Below, piece after piece: positions 38,500-47,436 of a stretch of 64,000 nucleotides of DNA; positions within the stretch are counted from its first letter, which is position 1, and each line of letters opens with the position of its first letter. The position numbers and the translations under genes were made by a program. Location: the IMG/VR virus record IMGVR_UViG_3300048631_000217; one strand, given 5' to 3'. The stretch comes from a virus. Its lineage: Duplodnaviria; Caudoviricetes. A model generated the notes under the pieces. It saw only the letters and a list, made by a program, of their open reading frames with translations. It was not told the DNA's origin and searched no databases.

Positions 38500-38634
38500 T
38501 CAACTCATCTTGTTAAACTTTTTCTCTTTGTCAGACTTCACCATGACGATCTCTTTGGGTTGTTTGTTTCTCTTGTAGCGTCCATACAAGACTCCCACGA
38601 CGATACCTACAAGTGCGATTAAGATAATTTCCAT
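38500..38634 (-). CDS. 44-aa single-TM membrane protein
   Basis: Below ORF-track cutoff; RBS AGGAG; MEIILIALVGIVVGVLYGRYKRNKQPKE... Confidence 0.65.
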   Translation of the reverse strand: MEIILIALVGIVVGVLYGRYKRNKQPKEIVMVKSDKEKKFNKMS

Positions 38635-38648
38635 GTCTTGTTCTCCTG

Positions 38649-40628
38649 TTATGACGACCAGCTTCTTGCCGGTCCAATATCCACATGTATGAAACTGTTA
38701 TAGTACCCGAACCCCTTGAATCCGATATTCTTGCACCGGGATACGAATAAATCTCTGTTTATACCCCCCATCAACACATCCAGAGCCTTTCCAGAAAGAT
38801 GTTGACTGTTCTTTGCCGCCCCTACGCCAGTGTTTCTCAAATATTGATTATAGACCGGGTGTCGGAATGCGGAGGTGACGTTTAGCGTACGTCCCATCAT
38901 CTTTCCCACCTCATTCAACATTTCAAGAACCTTTGCTTCGGTGTACCAATATCCGACATCATTTGGCAGGCCAAGCTTTTTAGGGATGACTTGACCGCCG
39001 CCATAGTCACGCATCGACACGACTTTTTCTGAATTCCAGAAAGGATTGTTGATAACTTTTCCGGTGAAGGAAAGGTTGCTCCATTCACTATGATGACGGG
39101 TTGGCGTACCCTTTGTGAAAATCATGCGACCATCCAACCCGTCACTTTTAGGTCTCGGGTTGATGTATGCTTGGTTGGCGTAAGACTTGCGAGACTCCAT
39201 GCGCGGTATTTCGGGACGTAAGAAATCTTGAGAGAAAATTTCGGTAGCTGCGTTGACGGAATCGGTGTTCCGAATCTTGTTCAAAACCTGTCCTTCACCT
39301 GATCGAAGTTCTTGTTTCAGGAATCCGTAGTTCGCATCATATGAAGTTATGTCAAGACCGCGTTCGGCGACATAACGTTCGAATGCTTCTCGTCTGGCCC
39401 CGGTCCATTGGGCATATCCTATACCACCTCTTCCGGCCAAGGGGGAAACCTCTTGTAAAATCTCGAACCCCTGAGTTTCATGTGATAGATTCCCGACTAT
39501 ACCAGCGGCTTGAGTCCTAGTCAAGTTGAAATCCTTTTGCAGATCTTCCATAAGTCTTGACGTGATCTGGTCATTGCCAAGCGGACGAATGAACGCGGCA
39601 TTATGCAGATTTTCGAACGTTTGACAATCCTGTTTCAAAGATACAGGTTCGGCGAACAATCTACCTGCCTCGACTGATTGTCTTGTATTGTCTTCCGACA
39701 TAAGCCGCAGCTTTTCGTATTCTTCCGCCGATTTTGTCGATAGCCTGACGAAAGGTTCTGTCATGCTCTTGATATCGCTTTCGACAAATGACGACATACG
39801 ACAGAACAGGTATAGCAGGTATTCGACAATACTACCATCAAGCTTTCGTTCCTTGAAGGCGTTCGATGCGGTTATCATCAATGTGTCGATACGTGATTTA
39901 AGATTCTCGACATTTACCGACGACAGGGATATTCGCAAATCGGCGTACATTTCACCGATACGATCATTCATTGACTGAAAGGTTTGTGTCTGTAGAGGAA
40001 ACCCACTTACAAGATTCTGTATACGTCTCAGACTGGCATCAATCTTCTTCAGGGAATCGGCAACAAGCTGATCCACCACCCGTTTGACGATTGTTCCGAA
40101 TGACCGCAGTTTTGCCGAAATATCGGATAGTCCACCATTCATGATCTTGTTGACTGCATTCGCGATACCCGGAACGAAGCTGCACAATCCACCTAATGCC
40201 GTTGTAATCAATCCGGCAGACAAGAACCTGTCCAATTCTGACAGGATTGTTGTCGGGGATGTTTTCATGGCATTCTGGAATGTATCGGTATCTGGATAGG
40301 CATAGGAATCCATGAATTCCGCCATTTCAACATAAGTAACACCTACCCGAACGATTCTATCATTCACATTCGGATACAGGCTCGGATTGTCCTTGACGAT
40401 TGGCGAAAGGTTATTGTTGAAATATGACATGACCGGCAATAGATTATCGACCCCGCCATATCGACGTAGCAGGGTTTCGCCACGATTGATATCCTTCCCG
40501 AATTCGTCAAGAATTCTCGGGTAGTCGGATAATCCTGTGAAATATTCCGGGGTCACGACATTGACGGTTTCGCTTATATACGGCGAATTGCTGTTGATCG
40601 TGACAATTGTTGTATTGCTACACGTCAT
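38649..40628 (-). CDS. Virion-associated peptidoglycan hydrolase (phage tail lysozyme + peptidase M15)
   Basis: AAGIVGNL..E...GYAQWTG.RR lysozyme; SAFRH...SQHLSGKALD...FIHVD M15 zinc peptidase. Confidence 0.85.
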   Translation of the reverse strand: MTCSNTTIVTINSNSPYISETVNVVTPEYFTGLSDYPRILDEFGKDINRGETLLRRYGGVDNLLPVMSYFNNNLSPIVKDNPSLYPNVNDRIVRVGVTYVEMAEFMDSYAYPDTDTFQNAMKTSPTTILSELDRFLSAGLITTALGGLCSFVPGIANAVNKIMNGGLSDISAKLRSFGTIVKRVVDQLVADSLKKIDASLRRIQNLVSGFPLQTQTFQSMNDRIGEMYADLRISLSSVNVENLKSRIDTLMITASNAFKERKLDGSIVEYLLYLFCRMSSFVESDIKSMTEPFVRLSTKSAEEYEKLRLMSEDNTRQSVEAGRLFAEPVSLKQDCQTFENLHNAAFIRPLGNDQITSRLMEDLQKDFNLTRTQAAGIVGNLSHETQGFEILQEVSPLAGRGGIGYAQWTGARREAFERYVAERGLDITSYDANYGFLKQELRSGEGQVLNKIRNTDSVNAATEIFSQDFLRPEIPRMESRKSYANQAYINPRPKSDGLDGRMIFTKGTPTRHHSEWSNLSFTGKVINNPFWNSEKVVSMRDYGGGQVIPKKLGLPNDVGYWYTEAKVLEMLNEVGKMMGRTLNVTSAFRHPVYNQYLRNTGVGAAKNSQHLSGKALDVLMGGINRDLFVSRCKNIGFKGFGYYNSFIHVDIGPARSWSS

Positions 40629-41752
40629 GCGATTGTGTCTCCATCGTCAATATCCGTCACGGATAGAGGATTTCGGGTAATCTTGGGTTTTCTCGTCTTG
40701 GTCTTGGGTTGGACGGGGGCACCTAGTTCCGTTGAATCTGCGGCAATCGCCTTTCCATCTGCCAGATCAATTTTTGACCCGTCAAGATACATTTCTGCGC
40801 CTGACAAGAGGGACATGTTGCCTTCAGAATTTACCCGGATTTCTCCTGCTGATTTGAGATCTATGAAATCCGTTGTCGTCTCGAAAATCATTCTACCGGC
40901 TTGGCCACGGATAGCTTGCCCGACATTCACATCAAAGCGGTTGGCTATATTCAGGGTATAGCTGCCATGGACGGTATGTGTCATATCCCCGTCAACTACC
41001 ATTGCCAAATCTCCCCCGGATTTGATCGTCGCATTACCTTCGACCGTGATATTACAATCACCTCTTACCAATACATTCCCATTACGTTCTATAACCGTTG
41101 TCGAAGCGCCCCGGCTGTTATGGATCGTGTTGCCATAGGCATCAATTTCGATGTAGCTACCTGATTTGTGGTAGATATTGATTCGCTCATTGCCGGGGGT
41201 ATCATCAAATTCCATGACATGTCCCGAAGATGATTCATAGACCGCATTATGAGGGTATTCGGTATTGTAAGGTGAAGTCGGTGTTTTCCAATTGACTCCA
41301 TCGGCGGTTTCCACATCCTGCCCACCAAGAACGTTCTTGACCAGTACCGAAGTCTCTTCAAGGGATTCGGCGCGGGCCAATCTTGGCATAGTCGGCTGAT
41401 AGAGATTGCAAGGATCTGTGCCGTCGAAATTAATGCCTGACGTATCTTTCATGAATTGTGTCGGCATGGATGCCAGAGTGCCGATCAGGAGCGGGTGTTG
41501 GGCGTCTGCCCCGTCCATGAAGAAACCGAATACCCATGACCCGATGGCAGGCGGCTTGTAAGCGCCACCATAACCGCCATTGATGATATTAGCCCATGGT
41601 AAAGCATCGGTCGGTATCTCGGTCTTGTCGTCACTGTGGAAGCCGAATGCTCGCACCCGAACCCGGCCAAGCTTCATCGGATCGCGGTTATCCTCCACAA
41701 CCCCCATGAACCCGACAAGATTATTCATTCCCTCATTCATTCTTCGTTCCAT
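40625..41752 (-). CDS. gp5: Baseplate central spike, lacking internal lysozyme domain
   Basis: GVVED..DP..LGRVRVR, LPWA, WVFGFF.DG, YPHN.V.ES.SGHV.EFDDTPG.ERI...HKSG. Confidence 0.92.
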   Translation of the reverse strand: MERRMNEGMNNLVGFMGVVEDNRDPMKLGRVRVRAFGFHSDDKTEIPTDALPWANIINGGYGGAYKPPAIGSWVFGFFMDGADAQHPLLIGTLASMPTQFMKDTSGINFDGTDPCNLYQPTMPRLARAESLEETSVLVKNVLGGQDVETADGVNWKTPTSPYNTEYPHNAVYESSSGHVMEFDDTPGNERINIYHKSGSYIEIDAYGNTIHNSRGASTTVIERNGNVLVRGDCNITVEGNATIKSGGDLAMVVDGDMTHTVHGSYTLNIANRFDVNVGQAIRGQAGRMIFETTTDFIDLKSAGEIRVNSEGNMSLLSGAEMYLDGSKIDLADGKAIAADSTELGAPVQPKTKTRKPKITRNPLSVTDIDDGDTIA

Positions 41753-42999
41753 TCCAGTTTAGACAGGAGCATTTCTTGTGTATATTCACTTTCAACAAAG
41801 TTATTGTTGATTGACTCTATGAGATACTTACCCGAGACAGGATTGCGTCTTTTCTCATCCGTCAATGTGCTTATCTCAGGTAGGGCGAAATCGACCACCA
41901 TACCTGCCGTAATGGTATTTCTCCCATAGACCTTGATTGTGATTTGAGAACGTTTCTTGTGGGCAAAATACATGAATTTGTTTGGTAGGATTTCGTCATA
42001 ATGAGTCATTGTCTGCATACCGAAACGGTTGCCGGTCGATTGATCCGCATAATCCTTGAAGATGACCGGGCCTTCCGTCCTTTCCGAAAGGTAATCGTCA
42101 ACAAAGTCTTTGCTATGCTTTTCCTTAGAGACACGATCAAATTTTGGAAATCCATCCTTGATATCGGTATAACCTATCTCATTTCTTTTGATACTCTGAT
42201 TCAGGATATCGACTTCAAGGAAACGTCTCTTGTAGGAACCTGTCGCTAATTCGACCATGGAATCTGCCCGACTGGCCTCGTGATATGAAATCGTCTGGTT
42301 CATCATGACGGTTAAACCTTCGCCGTCGAAACTGCCTTCGCTGTTGTAGAAGAACTTGACTGGATTATCGGAATATTTCTCTATCATGTAATCGTCTGTG
42401 ACGAAATAGAATCTGTCCCGTGTTTCAAAGAACCTGAAAGACTGCGAACCTCTCTCCGACGAATATGCCCGTTGTGCCAGAAAGTGCATGACACGTTCGG
42501 GGGTCATGTTCGGAATGACGAAAGTGTAATCACCTTCGGTATCCTCAATCTCTATACCCTTTTCCCCCATGGAATAGAATTCGTCAAACACCGCCTTGAC
42601 GATATCGCTGATACGCCCCCTGTAAGCCTTGCTGATTTTGACAGTCTCGGAAAGAAGCTTCTCGGGGCTTGTATAATGGACCTTGTACAGATTTCCGGTG
42701 CCGGTCTTGTTCGGTTCGATATCTGTGACCGCAAACAGGCTGAGCCTGTCGGTCCTTTGGGTGTCAAGGGAATCCCTTTGGGTGAAGGTGAGGGTTTCTT
42801 CGCCTCTTAATGGGAAGCTTGATAGCAGGTTGATCGTATCAAGAATGGATGCCGTTCCTCGAATAGAACCCAATGACATGCTTTCCGTCACTGTTGCAAT
42901 ATGCAACATGTTGCGAATATCTTCTTTGTCGTTTCCTCGGTAATCCTCTATCTGCAATCGGTCCAGAAGAAACCTGCCCGGTTGAATTCTGTTAACCAT
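41737..42999 (-). CDS. Baseplate hub protein (gp27-like)
   Basis: FPLRGEE, FRFFET, AGMVV, SGKYLI; between gp53 and gp5. Confidence 0.7.
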   Translation of the reverse strand: MVNRIQPGRFLLDRLQIEDYRGNDKEDIRNMLHIATVTESMSLGSIRGTASILDTINLLSSFPLRGEETLTFTQRDSLDTQRTDRLSLFAVTDIEPNKTGTGNLYKVHYTSPEKLLSETVKISKAYRGRISDIVKAVFDEFYSMGEKGIEIEDTEGDYTFVIPNMTPERVMHFLAQRAYSSERGSQSFRFFETRDRFYFVTDDYMIEKYSDNPVKFFYNSEGSFDGEGLTVMMNQTISYHEASRADSMVELATGSYKRRFLEVDILNQSIKRNEIGYTDIKDGFPKFDRVSKEKHSKDFVDDYLSERTEGPVIFKDYADQSTGNRFGMQTMTHYDEILPNKFMYFAHKKRSQITIKVYGRNTITAGMVVDFALPEISTLTDEKRRNPVSGKYLIESINNNFVESEYTQEMLLSKLEWNEE

Positions 43000-43558
43000 T
43001 GATCACCCTTTGCAACTCATCTTGAAATCTTTGTAGATACACCTTGTTGACCAAGGTAATGACACGCTTACTCTCATTCAAGGCGACTTCGTAATCATAG
43101 ACCCGAACCGGAATCCATTCCGATGCGACGTAATCCGCCGAATACTTTACGGTATCCGGGGATATCTTCATATTCGGATCGTCCTTGTTTACGTAATGTA
43201 CGATATTGTCATCAATATCCGTGTTCATTGTCCAACGTATCACGTCATTGCCAATCGTGCCGGATTTCTCCTGATACTTCTTTATCAGGTAGTTTTCGAA
43301 CACTTCATCATTCATCAGCCATTGGGTATAAGGGTCTATGATATCGTTTGCAAGATATACCAACCAGACATAGGAAGCCGATCCGTAATAGTGATAGGCA
43401 ATCAATTCAGGTCTTTCGTCTCCGGTAATCGTATATGGTAGATAGACATACGGATCTCCGGTCAAGGTATCCGGTATCTTGACACGTCTCTTGATATCCC
43501 GAATTACCTTGCCGGAATATAATGCCTTCGGGAATGCCTCAAAATAGTTATTCCTCAT
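42992..43558 (-). CDS. gp53: Baseplate wedge subunit
   Basis: YF..FP, ERPELIA..YYG...W.V...NDI.DP...W, YDYE..LNESKR. Confidence 0.92.
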   Translation of the reverse strand: MRNNYFEAFPKALYSGKVIRDIKRRVKIPDTLTGDPYVYLPYTITGDERPELIAYHYYGSASYVWLVYLANDIIDPYTQWLMNDEVFENYLIKKYQEKSGTIGNDVIRWTMNTDIDDNIVHYVNKDDPNMKISPDTVKYSADYVASEWIPVRVYDYEVALNESKRVITLVNKVYLQRFQDELQRVING

Positions 43559-44451
43559 TCGTAATCCTCTGTCGTGTGAATACTCGTTTCGATAAGCTGT
43601 AGAGACATGTTGACGAATGCGGGTTTACCGCCTTGTAGAATGGCATGGCCACCTGTCGGCGTATAATCCATGGCCATTGACTGCACCAGACATCTTTTGA
43701 AATAGTAGAAATAGCCGGGGTCAATTCCGACAAAGAATAAATCGACCATACTCGGATATCTCAAAACGGTTCGGCTGGCGATTGTCGCTCCATCGCCGAC
43801 GAATTTCGGTGTTATCTCGCGTCTAAGGAAATTCTGGATACTCCGCAGCTTGTCGGATTCTTCTCTGGATTTCGGCGCAAATGACCATGCCAGAGTGTGA
43901 TTTCGCAGGTTCATCCCGTCGAAGTTGACGGCGACATGTGGGTTCATGGCCGTTCCTAGACCAACATCAACCGCCGCAGATGCAGTTGGCGAAATCCTAT
44001 CCAACTGGTTCCTCAACAGGAATTTGGTAGCACTGCCCCATTCCGAAAAAGATGACAAAGGGTTGTTCTTATCGAAATCGCTCGTCACATCATTGTAAGC
44101 GTCGATTATACCCTTTACCAAACTGGCTCCCAACGATTCAGGAGTCGCCTCCCCTCTACCAGCATTATCTACGCCTTTGGCAATGGTATTCCCCAACGTT
44201 TTCAAATCTACCCCGTTCATTCTAACGTCGAAGCTTTCTGTCAGGTTTGACGGCAATGGCAGAACAATTGACCCCCTATTGTTGATAGTGTTCTGGGCCG
44301 GGGTTTGCGAAAAGCTGTAGTTCTTGAAATTCAAGACTATGGCATGTGCCCCCAAATCATCAGGAAACCGATAGAATACGTTACCGTGTTTCTGGCGGCG
44401 TGATTCCTCGATTACCGATTTAGGTGGTTTGATAAGCGAACGGTTCTGCAT
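43555..44451 (-). CDS. gp48: Baseplate tail-tube cap
   Basis: IVLPLP, NPH....F.G...R.H...W.F.PKS..ES, CLV......YTP. Confidence 0.85.
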   Translation of the reverse strand: MQNRSLIKPPKSVIEESRRQKHGNVFYRFPDDLGAHAIVLNFKNYSFSQTPAQNTINNRGSIVLPLPSNLTESFDVRMNGVDLKTLGNTIAKGVDNAGRGEATPESLGASLVKGIIDAYNDVTSDFDKNNPLSSFSEWGSATKFLLRNQLDRISPTASAAVDVGLGTAMNPHVAVNFDGMNLRNHTLAWSFAPKSREESDKLRSIQNFLRREITPKFVGDGATIASRTVLRYPSMVDLFFVGIDPGYFYYFKRCLVQSMAMDYTPTGGHAILQGGKPAFVNMSLQLIETSIHTTEDYE

Positions 44452-44462
44452 AGCCTCTTTCT

Positions 44463-44492
44463 CTAAATATAGGGATATCCTATTCTATTTAT
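44463..44492. promoter_or_regulatory. Divergent pair of T4-type late promoters
   Basis: CTAAATA on + (44463) toward gp4; ATAAATA on - (44492) toward gp48. Confidence 0.7.
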
Positions 44493-44502
44493 CGAAAGAC
44501 GC

Positions 44503-44961
44503 ATGGCCAAATATCATCAGGGGCGTTTCAGACCAAAGAACCCACAGAAATACCGGGGCGATCCTAGGAACATCATCTATAGAAGTTCTTGGGAATTGAA
44601 GGTGTGTAGAAAGCTTGACCTACATCCTGACGTTATCGAATGGGGGTCCGAAGAATTGGTCATTCCTTATCGGTCCCCGATAGACGGCAAGATGCACAGA
44701 TACTTCACTGATTTCATTGTAAAACGCAAAGATCAATTCGGAAACATTGCCACAATCGTTCTGGAAGTCAAACCGAAAAAGCAGACCTTACCTCCCGACA
44801 AGAGCAAGGGAAAGACGCCTACCGGACGATACAAGAGAAGCTTTTTGCGTGAGGTTGCCACATTCCAGATAAATAGACGGAAATGGGAAGCCGCCGAAGA
44901 TTTCTGCCGAAGCCGGGGTTGGCATTTCCAGATATTGACCGAAGACGATATAGGAGTCTGA
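44503..44961 (+). CDS. gp4: Head completion protein
   Basis: PKNPQKY.GD...I.YRSSWE, W.SEE..IPY, HRYF.DF, EVKP..QT..P. Confidence 0.93.
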   Translation: MAKYHQGRFRPKNPQKYRGDPRNIIYRSSWELKVCRKLDLHPDVIEWGSEELVIPYRSPIDGKMHRYFTDFIVKRKDQFGNIATIVLEVKPKKQTLPPDKSKGKTPTGRYKRSFLREVATFQINRRKWEAAEDFCRSRGWHFQILTEDDIGV

Positions 44962-44964
44962 TAA

Positions 44965-45558
44965 GTGACCGTTATTCAAAATGCGCTGAAACGGGCCGCG
45001 AATGCCGGGGTTGCCAATGACCAGAGCAAGGAATCGGTAGCATGGTTTCGCAAGAACCTGCGGAAAACGGCTATCAACCCGTCTCGTCTTATTCGGGAAG
45101 AACGCGAAAACCTGATCGGCAACTGGCGCAATCTTGGTATCGGCAAGATGTATCAATTCTTCTATGATCCGAAATGGAAGAACGAACTACCATACTATGA
45201 CCAATTCCCGCTGATGATCCCGATCCATTTCTATGAAGACGGCCCCTTGGGTATCAATCTCCATTACCTTCCCCCAGTCTTGCGGGCAAAATTGTTCGAT
45301 GAATTATTGGCGGTCCAGAATAACCCGAAATACGATGACCGCAAGAGAATGGTCATCAGCTATGGAATCCTGAAAGGTGCCTCGAAATTCGCCCCGTTCA
45401 AACCATGCCTGAAGAGATATCTCGGAAAGCATTTCAGATCACGGTTCCTGCGAATTCCCCATGAACAATGGGTTGTCGCGGCATTCCTTCCGACCGAAAC
45501 ATTCATCAAGGCCACGAAAGATACTGTGTGGTCAGATTCAAGAAAGATGCTCAAATGA
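44965..45558 (+). CDS. gp2: DNA end protector protein
   Basis: YDPK.K..LPYYD.FPL, GINLHYLPP..R, PCLKRYL. Confidence 0.93.
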   Translation: MTVIQNALKRAANAGVANDQSKESVAWFRKNLRKTAINPSRLIREERENLIGNWRNLGIGKMYQFFYDPKWKNELPYYDQFPLMIPIHFYEDGPLGINLHYLPPVLRAKLFDELLAVQNNPKYDDRKRMVISYGILKGASKFAPFKPCLKRYLGKHFRSRFLRIPHEQWVVAAFLPTETFIKATKDTVWSDSRKMLK

Positions 45559-46301
45559 CATTCAGTATTTCCGAATTCACATCGAAGCTTGGACGGGATG
45601 GATTAGCCAAGAGCAACGTCTTCATCGTCCGATTGACGGCATTACCGAATACCTTGTCTGGCAAGATGACCGGAAACGAATTGGTGTTCTTCTGTAAGAC
45701 GGCTGATATCCCGTCCATGGCTATCACGACCAATGAACATATGCCGCAAGGATTTGGTAAGAGGGAACAACGACCGACTGGCATATCCCTGCCGTCTATC
45801 TCGACAGTGTTCATGGTAGATTCCAACCACAAGGTTCTTGAATTCTTTCACGCATGGATGCAAACGATTGTCAACTATGATACGTCTGCCGGTATCCTGT
45901 CGGAAGTTGATGGAAGATTGCCCTATGAGATAGCCTACAAGACTGATTATGTCGCGCAGATGGAAGTTCACTTCTTTTCTCCTAACGATCCGAACCGCTA
46001 TTACACCTACCAGTTTTCGAACGTGCATCCGGTAGAGGTAGGCAACCTCAGCCTTTCTTGGGAGAGTAATGACGAAATCGCCACGCTTCCGGTATCCTTC
46101 GCCTATGACAGTCTGACAGTAGACGGTAGCCGTTCGGGTATCGTGACCGGCGGAATGAACCGGGGGCCGGGATTGTTCGAATACATAGCATCCCTCAATT
46201 CATATGTACAGGTAATCAAGGGTATCCGAAAACCGCAGGGAATTCAAGATCTCGTCAATACCTATACAACCGTCAATCGTATATTCAATAACCTATTCTA
46301 A
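45555..46301 (+). CDS. gp54: Tail-tube initiator / tube-family protein (gp54-like)
   Basis: Start at MTFSISEF (ATGA overlap with gp2); GLAK.N.F, FF.AW, LPVSFAY. Confidence 0.7.
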   Translation: MTFSISEFTSKLGRDGLAKSNVFIVRLTALPNTLSGKMTGNELVFFCKTADIPSMAITTNEHMPQGFGKREQRPTGISLPSISTVFMVDSNHKVLEFFHAWMQTIVNYDTSAGILSEVDGRLPYEIAYKTDYVAQMEVHFFSPNDPNRYYTYQFSNVHPVEVGNLSLSWESNDEIATLPVSFAYDSLTVDGSRSGIVTGGMNRGPGLFEYIASLNSYVQVIKGIRKPQGIQDLVNTYTTVNRIFNNLF

Positions 46302-46316
46302 GGATAATCCGTCATC

Positions 46317-47018
46317 ATGAAAAAGAAGCTGCCAAAGATAGAACATCCTATCTTCACTGTAAAGGTTCCGTGTCTTGACAAGGAAATCAATTTCCGGCCA
46401 TTTACAGCCAAGGAAGAAAAGATTTTCCTGATGGCACGGGAATCCGGGGATTCAAAACAAATCGCATTAGCCTTGAAACAGGTTATTGGGAACTGCCTTG
46501 TCAATGATGATATTGAGGATATTCCCCTATCCGATGTGGAATACCTGTTTATCAACATCAGGTCAAAATCTATCAATAACGTGATCGAATTCAGTATCAA
46601 AGGGGAAGACGGGAAGTCTATTCCTTTATCGTTCAATCTTGAAGACGCCAAAACCATGAAATCCGATGATCACGACAAGGTTATCAGAATTAGCGATAGC
46701 ATGTCATTGGTCATGAAATACCCGACAATTGATAGCCTGTATAGCGTGATTGAGGATATTCAGAACGAATCCGCCCAACTTGAATTGGCCCTAAGCTGTA
46801 TCGACTACATTGCCGTTGATGACGAGATATTCGATCTTAAAGACTATAGCAAGGAAGAGATTGAAGAATTCGTTGACGATTTTGATGAATCCACTCTGAA
46901 CAAGATATCCAAGTTCTTTGAAACAACACCATACACCTATTTTGAAATTGCCTACAAGGATTCTAAAGGGGAAGACAAGGTATTCACGGTAAGGGGAACA
47001 GACAATTTTTTTACCTAA
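46317..47018 (+). CDS. gp26: Baseplate hub/tail assembly chaperone
   Basis: LPKI..P, FRPF..KEEK, D.EYLF.NIRSKS, MKYP, FFET.P, G..NFF. Confidence 0.9.
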   Translation: MKKKLPKIEHPIFTVKVPCLDKEINFRPFTAKEEKIFLMARESGDSKQIALALKQVIGNCLVNDDIEDIPLSDVEYLFINIRSKSINNVIEFSIKGEDGKSIPLSFNLEDAKTMKSDDHDKVIRISDSMSLVMKYPTIDSLYSVIEDIQNESAQLELALSCIDYIAVDDEIFDLKDYSKEEIEEFVDDFDESTLNKISKFFETTPYTYFEIAYKDSKGEDKVFTVRGTDNFFT

Positions 47019-47182
47019 TGCTGAGTCATAGCAATCTGGCAACGTATTACCGGATGAACTTTGACTTGGCACAACATCACAAATGGGACATATCCACAAT
47101 CGAAAACATGTTACCATTCGAACGGGATTTGTATTTCGATATGCTGATAGAATATCTGGAAAGAAAGAAAGATGAACAATAA
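47018..47182 (+). CDS. gp51: Baseplate hub assembly protein (gp51-like, 54 aa)
   Basis: Below ORF-track cutoff: MLSHSNLATYYRMNFDLAQHHKWDISTIENMLPFERDLYFDMLIEYLE. Confidence 0.8.
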   Translation: MLSHSNLATYYRMNFDLAQHHKWDISTIENMLPFERDLYFDMLIEYLERKKDEQ

Positions 47183-47435
47183 CGAAACATGGGTTCAAAA
47201 CAGGTGGCGACCGGCATTAGGTTGGTCATATGTCATGGTGTGTTTGTTCGATTTCATCATAGCGCCCCTGTTATGGGGGTATTTCCAGATGGATAACGGC
47301 ATCACTCCTGTAACGGTTTGGGAACCCCTGACCCTGCAATACAATGGCCTGTATCATATGGCCATGGGTGCGGTATTGGGGGTCACATCATGGTCGCGTG
47401 GACAAGAGAAAATCAACGGGGCAGCAGGAAAGTAA
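47172..47435 (+). CDS. Holin-like membrane protein (GTA 3TM holin family-like)
   Basis: WRPALGW.Y...C.FDFI..P...H.AMGAVLGV..W.R.QEK. Confidence 0.75.
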   Translation: MNNNETWVQNRWRPALGWSYVMVCLFDFIIAPLLWGYFQMDNGITPVTVWEPLTLQYNGLYHMAMGAVLGVTSWSRGQEKINGAAGK

Positions 47436-47436
47436 G

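Noticed and set aside
44503-44961. TnsA-like transposase
   Set aside because: Fold is shared with T4 gp4; sequence and position next to gp2 fit gp4
47344-47436. Upstream start of ORF 47344..48939 (likewise 45468 for the gp54-like ORF)
   Set aside because: Overlaps the preceding gene; starts at 47437 and 45555 give normal coupling
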